NCBI GenBank assembly: GCA_026770705.1
Contig: JANJGN010000010.1
Location: 39,680,001-39,744,000 of the forward strand
Direction of reading: 5' to 3'
Length of the DNA stretch: 64,000 bases
Origin: Isurus oxyrinchus
Lineage: Eukaryota
Each line of letters starts with the position of its first letter. The stretch's first letter is position 1. The notes beneath the pieces were generated by a model. It saw only the letters and a program-made list of their open reading frames with translations, did not search any database and had not been told where the DNA came from. The position numbers were made by a program, and so were the translations under genes. Positions 63,335-64,000 of the stretch are shown piece by piece.

Positions 63335-64000
63335 CCAGATTTCCACTAAGTGGGGTAAAAGGCAGGTAAAATGTCAATTTACCTGCCATTGTGGCTGGTG
63401 GGTTTTCACGCCATATCTTCCCAAACTTGCCACACTATTGACGCATTCCCGGGAAACACGTAGTTTCCATGGCAGGAAAGCTCTCATTCACCCACCTGCC
63501 ATCACCTCGCCACTTTGTCACGCCAGGAGTCATATTTAAAGTCCAGCCATGCGCACACATCTCAGTGCTTCCAGCCCATGACTGCTGCAGAGAAGATGTC
63601 CCCGAGCCCCCAGGTTTAGCGGTGTTTCACTGGAATGCCTTTTGAATGCTGTGGAGTCCCACCAGGATGTCCTCTAACCCTGCTCTGTCCGCAAGATGGG
63701 CAGCAGAGTGATCTACCTGGTTGGGAGGCGGTGGCAGTAATGCTCAGCTTTCAAAAGAGGATAAACATTCAGTGCCTCAAGAGGGTGAATGATCTCCTTG
63801 GTTCTGCCAGGGTAAGTCACTCTTTTCATCACTCTCAACTCACACACACACAAATCCATCTCACATCCACAGGGATCTCACTCACTGATAGTTCAAGGGA
63901 CATCACCATTCAATCTCTCGCACTCACCGTCATTGTCCTCATCCCATCCATGGGACCACTCACCACCCACACTGGCATACTTATCATCTGGCCTGACAAG
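63335..64000 (+). mobile_element. Harbinger left end with Myb/SANT exon remnant
   Basis: PRFSGVSLECLLNAVESHQDVL..W..VA..QC.KRVNDL followed by a gtaagt donor. The intron sequence matches 36225-36320. Confidence 0.65.

Overview
Eukaryotic, repeat-rich vertebrate DNA. The repeat repertoire (HER1-like CR1, DeuSINE, Penelope, Harbinger) points to a cartilaginous fish, most likely a shark; this is an inference. Two tandem immunoglobulin-superfamily genes lie on the minus strand, built entirely from phase-1 GT-AG exons. Gene A has its ATG at 32504 and runs off the left edge. It encodes signal peptide, V, C1 and TM regions closely resembling B7-H6/NCR3LG1, followed AFTER the transmembrane exon by at least four more C1-type Ig domains that should be cytoplasmic. 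Gene B enters from the right edge and contributes four more C1-type exons of the same kind, ending in a stop at 49034. Six of these eight post-TM/terminal domains have lost a canonical disulfide cysteine, and one carries an acidic dileucine motif in a loop insertion, consistent with an intracellular Ig-domain array. The gene A promoter is a CpG island with a perfect ISRE. The remainder is nested transposons: CR1, a second CR1-group LINE with a tRNA-like head plus its derived SINE, L2, Tx1, palindromic Penelope insertions with hammerhead-like motifs, Harbinger, hAT and a Copia remnant.
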